Positions 20,098 through 28,638 of a DNA stretch of 64,000 bases are shown one piece after another (within the stretch, counting starts at the first letter, position 1; the number at the start of each line of letters is the position of its first letter). The notes beneath the pieces were generated by a model. The model was not told the origin of the DNA, did not search any database, and saw only the letters and a list, made by a program, of their open reading frames with translations. The stretch lies in assembly GCA_050015255.1 (NCBI GenBank), contig JBEKBT010000005.1, positions 657 to 64,656 on the forward strand. Reading direction: 5' to 3'. The position numbers and the translations under genes were made by a program. Source of the stretch: Acidimicrobiales bacterium (lineage in GTDB: Bacteria > Actinomycetota > Acidimicrobiia > Acidimicrobiales > Bog-793).

Positions 20098-20928
20098 CTA
20101 AGCCGTAGAGAAGCCCCCGGGCAGAAGGTCGCTGAGCGACTCGATCAAGTAGTCGGGCTGAACGGGAGCGCCGAAAACGTCGTCGGCACTGGTCGCCCCG
20201 GTCAACACCAGAATGCCGGTCATGCCGAGTGAGCGGGCCATGGCCATGTCTGTAAGAAGGCGATCCCCGACGACAGCGACGTCCTGCGCCGGCATCCCGA
20301 GCCGAGCGAGCAGTGCCCGCGCCATGTGCACGCTTGGCTTGCCCACCACGGCCTCCGCGCGGGCACCCGAGCAGGCCTCGACCGCCGCCAGCATGGCGGC
20401 GCAATCGGGTATACCTCCTTCGGGCGTAGGGCAGTAAGGGTCCGGGTTGGTGGCGACGATCGCCGCACCGCCGTAACGCACGGCTTGGAAGGCCGCGTTC
20501 AGTTTCTCGTAATTGAAGGTGCGATCGAAGGAGACGACCACGACCTGGGCCTGCGAGGGTGTGGTGGTTAGCGTGAAACCCGCCGCGGACAGCTCGTCGA
20601 CGGCCGACTGCTCGGCCACCGCGAGCAGGGTCGCTCGCGGATGCTCGCGCCCGAGGTAGTCAACGAGCGCGTCCACCGACGTCACGACATCCGCGCGAGC
20701 CGTCGGCACTCCCAGGCGCGTCAGCTTGTTCGCGTAGTCCGCTGCCGTCTCGAGCGGTTTGTTGGTCACATAGACGACACGCGAGCCCCTGTGGTGAAGC
20801 TCTCCGATCGTCTCGGCCGCGTGCGGAAGCAAGGAGTCACCGAGATACACCGTGCCGTCGAGGTCGAATACGTACCCCGGGTAAGTACGGCGGGGCGCCG
20901 TCAGCGATCGGGCATCACGACTGCTCAC
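20098..20928 (-). CDS. HAD-superfamily subfamily IIA hydrolase (NagD-like sugar phosphatase)
   Basis: YVFDLDGTVY motif I, VTNK, and a C-terminal VGDRLLTDM motif. Confidence 0.8.
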   Translation of the reverse strand: MSSRDARSLTAPRRTYPGYVFDLDGTVYLGDSLLPHAAETIGELHHRGSRVVYVTNKPLETAADYANKLTRLGVPTARADVVTSVDALVDYLGREHPRATLLAVAEQSAVDELSAAGFTLTTTPSQAQVVVVSFDRTFNYEKLNAAFQAVRYGGAAIVATNPDPYCPTPEGGIPDCAAMLAAVEACSGARAEAVVGKPSVHMARALLARLGMPAQDVAVVGDRLLTDMAMARSLGMTGILVLTGATSADDVFGAPVQPDYLIESLSDLLPGGFSTA

Positions 20929-21028
20929 GGCGAACCTCCGGGCAGCTCGGGCTCGAACGCACCTGTCATGGAAGGGCCACTTTCACCGGGTTCCGGAGAC
21001 TCGAGGGGACTGCGGGGACGATTTGGTG

Positions 21029-21784
21029 CTAGATCTCGCTGGTCGCGCTCCCTGGGCCCGCCCGTTCAAGCTTGAAAGGGGCCCAGTCGGGGACGTGATA
21101 GTCGACCGAGTACACGATGGCACTTCCATGCTGGTCGAAGTCGACCTGTCTCATGCACAAAAGCGCCGTCCCCGACTTGACCTGCAGGAGACCCCGCAAC
21201 TCCGCGCTCGCTCTGTAGGGAAGAAGCTCTGCTTCGCCGCGGTGGACCGCCACCCCCCGCCGCTCGTGAAGCAGATGGTAAAGAGACTGCTCCTTCCCGG
21301 ACACGAGATCGTCCAGGTCCGCCGGGGCAACCAGGTAACCGGGAAGCGAGTCGATCGAGAAGACGATCGGGCGATCGTCTGCCAGCCTGAGGCGTTCGAT
21401 CCGCCACAGAGGATCTCCGGATGTGAGACCGAGCCGTTCGGCGAGCTCCGCATCGGCCGCGATGGGGACGACACGGCCGTGCCGGGTGGAGGGCTCGCAG
21501 CCGGCTGCACGGATCATGCTCGTGATGCCGAAGTTACGGTTGAGCGCCTCGTGGAGGGGGCGCTCACAGACGAACGTGCCTCGCCCGTGATGGCACCGGA
21601 TCGTCCCGCGTTCCTCCAGCAGCCGTAAAGCCTCGCGCAGGGTCGGACGGGAGACCGCCAGCTGCTCCGCAAGCTCTGCCTCCGAGGGCAGGCGACCACC
21701 GGGTCGGTACACGCCGAGCTCGATCGCCTCCTCGAGCGCCTCGGCGCATGACTGGGTGAGTGTCACCCGGTCGCGGCGAACCAC
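21029..21784 (-). CDS. GntR-family transcriptional regulator with a UTRA-type effector domain
   Basis: Winged HTH LPSEAELAEQLAVSRPTLREALRLLEERG. The start is uncertain (GTG at 21784 or 21766). The track start at 21934 would overlap the upstream gene. Confidence 0.75.
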   Translation of the reverse strand: MVRRDRVTLTQSCAEALEEAIELGVYRPGGRLPSEAELAEQLAVSRPTLREALRLLEERGTIRCHHGRGTFVCERPLHEALNRNFGITSMIRAAGCEPSTRHGRVVPIAADAELAERLGLTSGDPLWRIERLRLADDRPIVFSIDSLPGYLVAPADLDDLVSGKEQSLYHLLHERRGVAVHRGEAELLPYRASAELRGLLQVKSGTALLCMRQVDFDQHGSAIVYSVDYHVPDWAPFKLERAGPGSATSEI

Positions 21785-21884
21785 CCTCAGTTCAGCCGCC
21801 GACCGCGCGGGTTCGCGAGGCGCGGGGCTCACAGTTGGCGTTATACGGCAGAGCCGGTCAGCAATCAAGTGGGCATCGCGCGCA

Positions 21885-22277
21885 TCAGAGCTTGCTCGCC
21901 GGGCGCGTGGCCATACAGCACGGGATGTCGGCATCCTCGTCGATGTAGTAACTCGCGCAGATGCGGTGATAACCGTCGGCGATCTCCAATGGTGCCTGCC
22001 TGCTCAGATCGCCCTGGACGAGGAGAACCGGCGACAGTTTCTCGTCCCTGGAGATCTTCCCAAGATCATTGGCAACATGTGGGTTCTCCTTGGGCAGCTG
22101 GGGCAGGCGGCTCGCGCGAAGGAGATCTTTGGCCTTCCAGTGGCCGAGCTCCGCTGAACGCAGCTCCTCGACAAGGTGATCGACTGCATCTTGTGGCAGA
22201 ACCAGTGAGAGATAGCTCGCGGCGGCCGGATAGTCGTGGTCGTCCGGTTCCGGCTTCCAGTGCTCTTTCGCAGTCAC
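21885..22277 (-). CDS. Hypothetical small protein with a ParB/Srx-like DGxHR motif
   Basis: About 130 aa. The GTG at 22277 overlaps the MIP-channel stop (GTGA). The segment SPVLLVQGDLSRQAPLEIADGYHRICA resembles the ParB/sulfiredoxin fold core. The rest of track ORF 21885..23603 is alternate-frame read-through of the MIP gene. Confidence 0.55.
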   Translation of the reverse strand: MTAKEHWKPEPDDHDYPAAASYLSLVLPQDAVDHLVEELRSAELGHWKAKDLLRASRLPQLPKENPHVANDLGKISRDEKLSPVLLVQGDLSRQAPLEIADGYHRICASYYIDEDADIPCCMATRPASKL

Positions 22278-23230
22278 GTGGTTTCCCCTTTCTGGCCGTT
22301 CTGATCGGTCTGGTCGGTCGGGCCGTTCTGGTCGGTCGGGTCGGTCTGGTCGGTCGGGCCTTTCTGGTCGATCTCGGCGTCCTCGGCCTGACGCACGCGT
22401 CTCATCAGCTCCTCCAACGTCCCTTGCGCAGAGGCCGCCGCCTTCGGGTCGGCACCGGGGCCGCGGAAAACGAGCGCCAGGAGCACGGCCACGGCCGCCC
22501 CGACGAGGGGTCCCGCCGAGTACACCCAGTAATGGTTGAACATCCCGAGCACGGCGTCGGGCCCGAAGGTCCTCGCCGGGTTCATCGACGCACCGGTGAC
22601 CGGGCTGCCCCAGATGCCGGCGACGGTGATGTACCCGCCGACGGCCAGTGCCGAGAGTGGTCCGACCTGTTGCGCCCCCGATGCCGTGCCGAGGATGACG
22701 GTCACGAGGCCAACGGTGAGGATCGCCTCCAACAAGAACGCCTTGGGATCCGAGACCCGAGGTCCCGGCAACGTCGCCCCGAGGAGCGCCAAGCGCCCGA
22801 ACAGTGCCCTCAGGAGAAGGCAGGCGAGGGTGGCGCCGGCGAGCTGGGCGAGGACGTAGCCCGGCACACGTCGCCACGGGAACTCCTTTCGGAGCGCGAA
22901 GGCGATGCTGACGACGGGATTCAGGTGCGCCCCGGAGATCGCGCCCAGGGACAAGATGATCGCCATGACCATGAGCCCGGGAGACGCCACCGCCAGGGCG
23001 TGCGGCACAGAGCCGGGAATGAACGTGTTGACCACCGTGGGTCCGGCCCCGGCAAGGGTGAGGGACAAGGTTCCCAGGCCCTCGCACAAGAGCCGCCGCC
23101 ACTCGTGAGAAAGGTTGTCGAACTCCGCCAGCCAGGGTGGCTCGAACGCCAGCAGCGCTCGCAGGTAGGAAGGGGGCCCGTCCGCGCCGGTCCCGGTGAC
23201 CTGAACCCGCCTCTTGCCTGTTTCCGCCAT
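22274..23230 (-). CDS. MIP-family channel (aquaporin/aquaglyceroporin)
   Basis: Six hydrophobic segments with two half-helix motifs, HLNPVVS (NPV variant) and SMNPARTF (NPA). The C-terminal tail is repetitive (DQKGPTDQTDPTDQNGPTDQTDQNGQKGETT). Confidence 0.85.
   Translation of the reverse strand: MAETGKRRVQVTGTGADGPPSYLRALLAFEPPWLAEFDNLSHEWRRLLCEGLGTLSLTLAGAGPTVVNTFIPGSVPHALAVASPGLMVMAIILSLGAISGAHLNPVVSIAFALRKEFPWRRVPGYVLAQLAGATLACLLLRALFGRLALLGATLPGPRVSDPKAFLLEAILTVGLVTVILGTASGAQQVGPLSALAVGGYITVAGIWGSPVTGASMNPARTFGPDAVLGMFNHYWVYSAGPLVGAAVAVLLALVFRGPGADPKAAASAQGTLEELMRRVRQAEDAEIDQKGPTDQTDPTDQNGPTDQTDQNGQKGETT
22294..22372 (-). repeat. Imperfect tandem DNA repeat encoding the Thr/Asp/Gln-rich tail of the MIP channel
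   Basis: GGCCGTTCTG(A/G)TCGGTC(T/G)GGTCGGTCG-type units are repeated about 2.5 times on the plus strand. Confidence 0.7.
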
Positions 23231-23292
23231 CGGTCCCAGGTTGCCAGAAGGAGCTCACGAGGCCGCGGACCTCTCCCGGCCTCAGTTCGGTG

Positions 23293-25197
23293 TCAGGACG
23301 CGGCCACGGCGGCTTCCTCGAGCGCCTGGTGCTCGAACTGGGTGCGGTACAGGTCGGAGTACACCCCACCCGCGGCGAGCAACTCCTCGTGCCGCCCTCG
23401 CTCGACGATCCGGCCGTCGACGACCACGAGGATCTGGTCGGCACCGCGAACCGTCGAGAGCCTGTGCGCGATGACGATCGACGTCCTGCCCTCGAGCGCT
23501 TTTTGCAGCGCCCGCTGCACCGCCACCTCGGACTCCGAGTCGAGATGCGCCGTGGCCTCGTCCAAGACGACAACATCGGGCGCTTTGAGGAGAAGACGAG
23601 CAAGGGCGACGCGCTGTTTCTCGCCGCCCGACAGGCGGTAACCGCGATCGCCGACGACGGTGTCGAGCCCGTCGGGCAACGACTCGATGAGGGACAGGAT
23701 CTGCGCGCCGGCGAGGGCGTCGTGGATCTCTCCCCCGGTGGCGTCGGGCTTTGCGTAGAGCAGGTTCGCCCGGATGGTCTCGTGAAAAAGGTGGGCGTCC
23801 TGGGTCACGACCCCGATCGAATCCCGCAGCGATGCGAAGGTCGCGTCGCGCACGTCGACGCCGTTCAGGCGGACCGCTCCGCTCCGCACGTCATAAAGGC
23901 GCGAGACGAGATGGCTGATCGTCGTCTTCCCCGCCCCCGACGGCCCCACGAGCGCCACGAGCTGGCCCGGTTCGGCACGGAAGCTCACATCGTGGAGGAC
24001 CTGGGTCGACGGCGTCTGGTCCAAGACAGCGACCGACTCGAGCGAGGCGAGCGACACTTCCTCGGCTGTCGGGTAGCTGAAGTCGACGTGGTCGAATTCG
24101 ACCGCAACAGGACCACGGGCTATGGCGACCGCGTTCGGTCGCTCCGCGATCAGCGGAGGGAGATCGAGCACCTCGAAGACCCGGTCGAAAGAGACGAGCG
24201 CCGTCATCACGTCGACATTCACGTTCGACAAGGCGGTCAAAGGACCGTATAGGCGGGTCAGCAAGGCGGCGAGTGCCACGACCGTGCCGACCTTGAAACT
24301 GCCGTTCACGGCAAGCACGCCGCCCCAGCCGTAGACCAGTGCCGTCGCGAGCGACGAGGTGAGGATGAGCGAAAGGAAAAAGACCCTGCCGTACATCGCC
24401 GTCTGCACCCCGATGTCGCGCACGCGAGCCGCGCGGTCTGCGAACTCCTCGTGCTCTGTGCCCGGTCGGCCGAACAGCTTGACGAGCAGAGCGCCCGAGA
24501 CGTTGAAACGCTCCGTCATCGTGTTGTTCATCTGGGCGTTGAGGTTGTAGGCCTCCCGGGTCAGCTGCTGAAGCTTGCGGCCGATGTGGCGCGCCGGGAA
24601 GACGAACAGCGGGAGCAGCAACAGGGCGACGACAGTGATCTGCCACGAGAGGAACGCCATCACCGTGACTGTGAGAATGACAGTGACGATGTTGCTGACG
24701 ATCGACGAGAGGGTGTCGGTGAACGCCTGCTGGGCGCCGAGCACGTCGTTGTTCAACCTGGAGATGAGGGCACCGGTCTGGGTGCGCGAGAAGAACGCCA
24801 GCGGCATTTCCTGGATGTGACCGAAGACCTTCTCGCGCATGTCGTAGATCAGCCCCTCGCCGACGCGCGAGGAGATGTATCGCTGAGCCAGAGACAACAA
24901 GGCATCGGCGAGGGCGAGGCCCACGAGGAGAACCGCCAGCAGGACGATCAGGTGAACGTTGTGTTCGGCGATGCCCCCGTCGATGATCTGGCGATAGATC
25001 AGCGGGTTCCAGACCCCGATGAGCGCGTCGACCACGATCACGCCGAGGAACACGCCGAGGGTCTTCCGGTACGGGGCGGCGAACCTCATAATCCTGCGCA
25101 GCGTGCCCGGTGGCAGCTTCTCTTTTGTCACCGAGCTGTCTTTCATGAGCGACCGCATCCCGATAGCACCGTGGCCCATAGGGCCTCCAGGTCCCAT
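23293..25197 (-). CDS. ABC exporter with fused permease and ATPase (MsbA/MdlB type)
   Basis: 634 aa with an N-terminal six-helix transmembrane domain, Walker A GPSGAGKTT, signature LSGGEKQR, and Walker B VVVLDEATAHLD. Confidence 0.9.
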   Translation of the reverse strand: MGPGGPMGHGAIGMRSLMKDSSVTKEKLPPGTLRRIMRFAAPYRKTLGVFLGVIVVDALIGVWNPLIYRQIIDGGIAEHNVHLIVLLAVLLVGLALADALLSLAQRYISSRVGEGLIYDMREKVFGHIQEMPLAFFSRTQTGALISRLNNDVLGAQQAFTDTLSSIVSNIVTVILTVTVMAFLSWQITVVALLLLPLFVFPARHIGRKLQQLTREAYNLNAQMNNTMTERFNVSGALLVKLFGRPGTEHEEFADRAARVRDIGVQTAMYGRVFFLSLILTSSLATALVYGWGGVLAVNGSFKVGTVVALAALLTRLYGPLTALSNVNVDVMTALVSFDRVFEVLDLPPLIAERPNAVAIARGPVAVEFDHVDFSYPTAEEVSLASLESVAVLDQTPSTQVLHDVSFRAEPGQLVALVGPSGAGKTTISHLVSRLYDVRSGAVRLNGVDVRDATFASLRDSIGVVTQDAHLFHETIRANLLYAKPDATGGEIHDALAGAQILSLIESLPDGLDTVVGDRGYRLSGGEKQRVALARLLLKAPDVVVLDEATAHLDSESEVAVQRALQKALEGRTSIVIAHRLSTVRGADQILVVVDGRIVERGRHEELLAAGGVYSDLYRTQFEHQALEEAAVAAS

Positions 25198-25201
25198 CGC
25201 C

Positions 25202-25771
25202 TCACCGCCCCCTTGTCACGTGCTCGTGGCTCGGCGGTGGACTGCTGGCGGCGCACTGGCCTTGTGGCTCACCGCAGGGGCCGCAGAGGACCCGGAGCAG
25301 CCACATCAGCTCGGCGCGCTCCGCCGGCGACAGCTTGTCGAAGGTAACTTCGGCGGTTCGCCGCCGTGCCTGCGCGATCCGATCGAGCAGGAGGGCGCCT
25401 TCATCGGTGAGAGAAACCAGGAGCGAACGGCGGTCATGCGGATCGATCGCTCTCGCGACCAGATGCGCCGCCTCGAGGTCGTCCACGACCGAGGTCGCCG
25501 TCCGCGGCACGACTTCGAGGGCGGCGGCGATGTCGGCCATCCGCACCGGGTGTCCCGCGGCCTCCAGGTGCCGGATGACCCGCGCTTGCGCTCCGGTCAA
25601 CCCGATCGGGCCCAGCTCGGCCATCGAGCTGCGCTGCAGGCGCCGGGAGGTGCGCACGAGGAGCTCGGCGAGCTGAGCCGGGTCTTCGGGGCTCGGCGCG
25701 GTGCGCTTGGCCGCCTCGGGCCGCTCGGACGACGGGCCGTCACGTTCGGACGGCGGGCGATTAGTAGGCAT
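25202..25771 (-). CDS. MarR-family transcriptional regulator
   Basis: [50 protein letters not shown]...DRRS. It lies 4 nt upstream of the ABC exporter. Confidence 0.85.
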   Translation of the reverse strand: MPTNRPPSERDGPSSERPEAAKRTAPSPEDPAQLAELLVRTSRRLQRSSMAELGPIGLTGAQARVIRHLEAAGHPVRMADIAAALEVVPRTATSVVDDLEAAHLVARAIDPHDRRSLLVSLTDEGALLLDRIAQARRRTAEVTFDKLSPAERAELMWLLRVLCGPCGEPQGQCAASSPPPSHEHVTRGR

Positions 25772-25913
25772 ACCTCAATATAACGGTAGCTCAGCGATTT
25801 CATTCCCTCGGCACCGGCGATGCTCGGCTGGTGCCGAACCTCGGCGCGAAACCCTCCTGTTTCTGTACAGTCGCCTCACCCATCTCGGACCGGCCCAGAA
25901 AGGAAACTCTTCG

Positions 25914-27164
25914 ATGCGTTGGAACCTTCCATCCGGACAGATGCCCGAGGCGTGGTTCAACGTCGTGCCGCACCTGCCAGAGCCCCTCCAGCCCGATCTT
26001 CATCCGGGTACGCGCGAGCCGATCGGCCCTGAGGATCTTGCCCCGCTCTTCCCGATGGCGCTCATCGCCCAGGAGGTCACCTCCGAGCCTTGGGTCGACA
26101 TCCCGGGAGAGGTCCTCGACGTGCTCCGGCTGTGGCGCCCGACACCGCTGATACGTGCCCAGCGTCTCGAGAAGGCGCTCGGCACGCCGGCGAGGATCTA
26201 CTACAAGGATGAGTCCGTGTCGCCCGCCGGCTCCCACAAGCCGAACACCGCCGTTCCCCAGGCGTTCTACAACAAGCAGGCCGGAATCGCGAGACTGGCG
26301 ACCGAGACCGGCGCAGGCCAGTGGGGAAGCGCCCTTGCCTACGCCTGCGCGTTGTTCGGGCTCGAGTGCAAGGTGTACATGGTCCGCGCCTCGTACAACC
26401 AGAAGCCCTACCGCCGGATCATGATGGAGACCTGGGGCGGATCGGTGGTCCCCTCCCCTGTCGACGATCCGGACAGCCCCGGATCTCTGGGCTCGGCCAT
26501 CTCCGACGCAGTGCGCGACGCGGTCTCGCGCGAGGACACGCACTACTCGCTCGGCTCGGTGCTCAACCACGTCCTCTTGCACCAGACCGTCATCGGACTC
26601 GAGGCCAAGGAACAGCTGGCCCTCGCCGGGGAGCACCTCCCCGACATCGTGATCGGCTCGTGCGGCGGCGGGTCGAACCTCGGCGGTATCTCGCTTCCCT
26701 TCGTAGCCGAGCCCGAAGTCGGCCTACTGGCCGTCGAGCCGTCCTCGTGCCCGACGCTGACGAAGGGGACCTTCGAGTACGACTTCGCCGACGTCGCCAA
26801 GATGACGCCTCTCCTGCCGATGTACACACTCGGCCACGAGTTCATCCCGCCGTCGATCCACGCCGGGGGCCTCCGCTACCACGGAGACGCGCCGATCATC
26901 TGCAATCTGGTGAAAAACGGCAGGATGGGAGCAGTCGCCTATCCCCAGGGCCAGGTCTTCGAAGCGGCCGTGCAGTTCGCCCGGATCCAGGGGACGATCC
27001 CGGCGCCGGAGACGGCGCATGCCATCCGGGCCGTGATCGACCAGGCGCTGGCGGCCAAGGAGGCCGGTCAGGAGAAGGTGATCCTGTTCTCCTACTCGGG
27101 TCACGGGCTACTGGACCTGGCCGCTTACGACGACTACCTGCACGGGCGGCTCGACGAGGGCTGA
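25914..27164 (+). CDS. TrpB-like PLP-dependent enzyme (TrpB2-type tryptophan synthase beta homologue)
   Basis: [17 protein letters not shown]-lysine motif and [10 protein letters not shown]. The ATG at 25914 is preceded by AAAGGAAA. The track start at 25701 overlaps marR. Confidence 0.8.
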   Translation: MRWNLPSGQMPEAWFNVVPHLPEPLQPDLHPGTREPIGPEDLAPLFPMALIAQEVTSEPWVDIPGEVLDVLRLWRPTPLIRAQRLEKALGTPARIYYKDESVSPAGSHKPNTAVPQAFYNKQAGIARLATETGAGQWGSALAYACALFGLECKVYMVRASYNQKPYRRIMMETWGGSVVPSPVDDPDSPGSLGSAISDAVRDAVSREDTHYSLGSVLNHVLLHQTVIGLEAKEQLALAGEHLPDIVIGSCGGGSNLGGISLPFVAEPEVGLLAVEPSSCPTLTKGTFEYDFADVAKMTPLLPMYTLGHEFIPPSIHAGGLRYHGDAPIICNLVKNGRMGAVAYPQGQVFEAAVQFARIQGTIPAPETAHAIRAVIDQALAAKEAGQEKVILFSYSGHGLLDLAAYDDYLHGRLDEG

Positions 27165-27202
27165 GAAGCCGGCGGATTGCCGGACCGCCTCGCCGACGCT
27201 GC

Positions 27203-27634
27203 TCAGCGCGGCAGATCGGGGTCGAGCTGGTGAAGAAAGAGTGCGCATCTCTCCTCCTCGTCGGACTCGCCGATCGCTTCGGCGGCTCGGCGCAGGGCCT
27301 CGAGCGAGCGGAGGAAGCCCCTGTTGGTCTCGTGGCGCCAGCGCACATACCCCGAGCCGCGCCAACCGGCGGCTCGCAGCGCGTCGAGGCCCCGGTGATA
27401 TCCGACGCGGGCATAGGCGTAGGAGGCGACGTCGTCATCGGCGAGCTCGGCCAGCATGGCCCACGCCTCGAGGTGACGCGGGTGTGCGCGGGCGACGGCC
27501 TTGACCGCCTCGACGCCCGCCGCGCCCGGCACGGCGCTCGCCTCGGTAAGGGCGCGTGCCCACTCGTCAGGTGGAGCAGGCAGCACCGTCTCGGGGAGGC
27601 CGGGGCTGAAGTTGACTGCCGAGTCGTCTGTCAT
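27203..27634 (-). CDS. DUF3151-family protein
   Basis: 143 aa. The segment HLEAWAMLAE...YAYARVGYHRGLDALRAAGWRGSGYVRW is typical of this actinobacterial family. Confidence 0.7.
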   Translation of the reverse strand: MTDDSAVNFSPGLPETVLPAPPDEWARALTEASAVPGAAGVEAVKAVARAHPRHLEAWAMLAELADDDVASYAYARVGYHRGLDALRAAGWRGSGYVRWRHETNRGFLRSLEALRRAAEAIGESDEEERCALFLHQLDPDLPR

Positions 27635-27698
27635 GGCTCCATACTCCCGCGGCAGGCCGCGATCGCGGAGCCGGCCGGCACCTATTAGCTTTCACGAC

Positions 27699-28556
27699 AT
27701 GCCGAAAGGTCCGTCGGACAAAGCCAGCTTCTCGACCCGGATCGTCCTCGGCTCCGTCGTGGCCCTGAGCGTTCTGCTCCTTGGGGGATGCGCAAGTCAG
27801 GCCTCCGGCCGCGGCGCCTCGAGCGCTTCTGTCGGAACCCCGGCCAAGAGCACGTCCGCTTCCTCCACCTCGACCACGACGACCACGATGGCCTTGCCAC
27901 AACCGACCGCCGCCAAACCCGTCACGATCCTCAATGTCGGGGACTCCCTCGGCGAGGATCTCGGTATCGGGCTCGGCAACACGCTGGGCACCGACCCTCT
28001 GGTACGTGTCGTGCGAGCGGCCTACGGCGACAGCGGGCTCGCCCGCCCCGACTTCTACGACTGGCCCGCCCATCTCGCCGCGGACCTTGCCGAGTACCAC
28101 CCGCAAGTGGTGACGATCCTCATCGGGGGCAATGACTCGCAGAACTTCGACGTGAACAACGAGCCGGTCGTCTTCGGCACTGCCCAGTGGCACACGATCT
28201 ACTCCCAGCGCGTCGCCCTCATGATGAGCGAGACCTTGAAGGCAGGGGCGAAGATGGTCTGGGTCGGCCTGCCCATCATGTCGAACCCGGCGTTCAGCGC
28301 CTCGATGCAGACGCTCAACGCGATCTACGAGGCTCAAGCCGCGCGGCACCCTGGCGTCGAGTTCCTGCCGACCTGGTCCCTGTTCTCGAACGCCGAGGGT
28401 CAGTACAGCGCTTATCTCACCAACAGCTCAGGTCAAACCGTGCTTGCCCGCGACCCGGACGGCGTTCATATCGCCCCCCCAGGAGGCTGTGACATGGTCG
28501 CCGAGGCGGCGACGAACGAGATCGAGAAGATCTGGCACGTGCACCTGGGCGCATGA
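27699..28556 (+). CDS. Lipoprotein SGNH/GDSL-family hydrolase
   Basis: Lipobox LLLGGC after a basic N-terminus. SGNH blocks are VGDSLGED, LIGGNDSQN and DPDGVHI. Confidence 0.75.
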   Translation: MPKGPSDKASFSTRIVLGSVVALSVLLLGGCASQASGRGASSASVGTPAKSTSASSTSTTTTTMALPQPTAAKPVTILNVGDSLGEDLGIGLGNTLGTDPLVRVVRAAYGDSGLARPDFYDWPAHLAADLAEYHPQVVTILIGGNDSQNFDVNNEPVVFGTAQWHTIYSQRVALMMSETLKAGAKMVWVGLPIMSNPAFSASMQTLNAIYEAQAARHPGVEFLPTWSLFSNAEGQYSAYLTNSSGQTVLARDPDGVHIAPPGGCDMVAEAATNEIEKIWHVHLGA

Positions 28557-28638
28557 ACTGGGTGTGGGCCGGGAGCCGGCACCTGGTCGCCAGCCCGCCG
28601 CCTGTCGGGGCGCGAGCTGGGGAGCGCCTCGGTGAGGC

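Noticed and set aside
22294-22372. Short tandem repeats considered as a possible CRISPR array.
   Set aside because: The units are contiguous with no spacers. They lie inside a coding region and are only 27-36 nt with about 2.5 copies. No cas genes are present in the window.
22278-23603. Upstream two-thirds of the 572-aa ORF 21885..23603.
   Set aside because: It is an alternate frame of the MIP-channel gene and of the 3' end of the ABC exporter. Only the last ~130 codons, from the GTG at 22277, look like a real gene.
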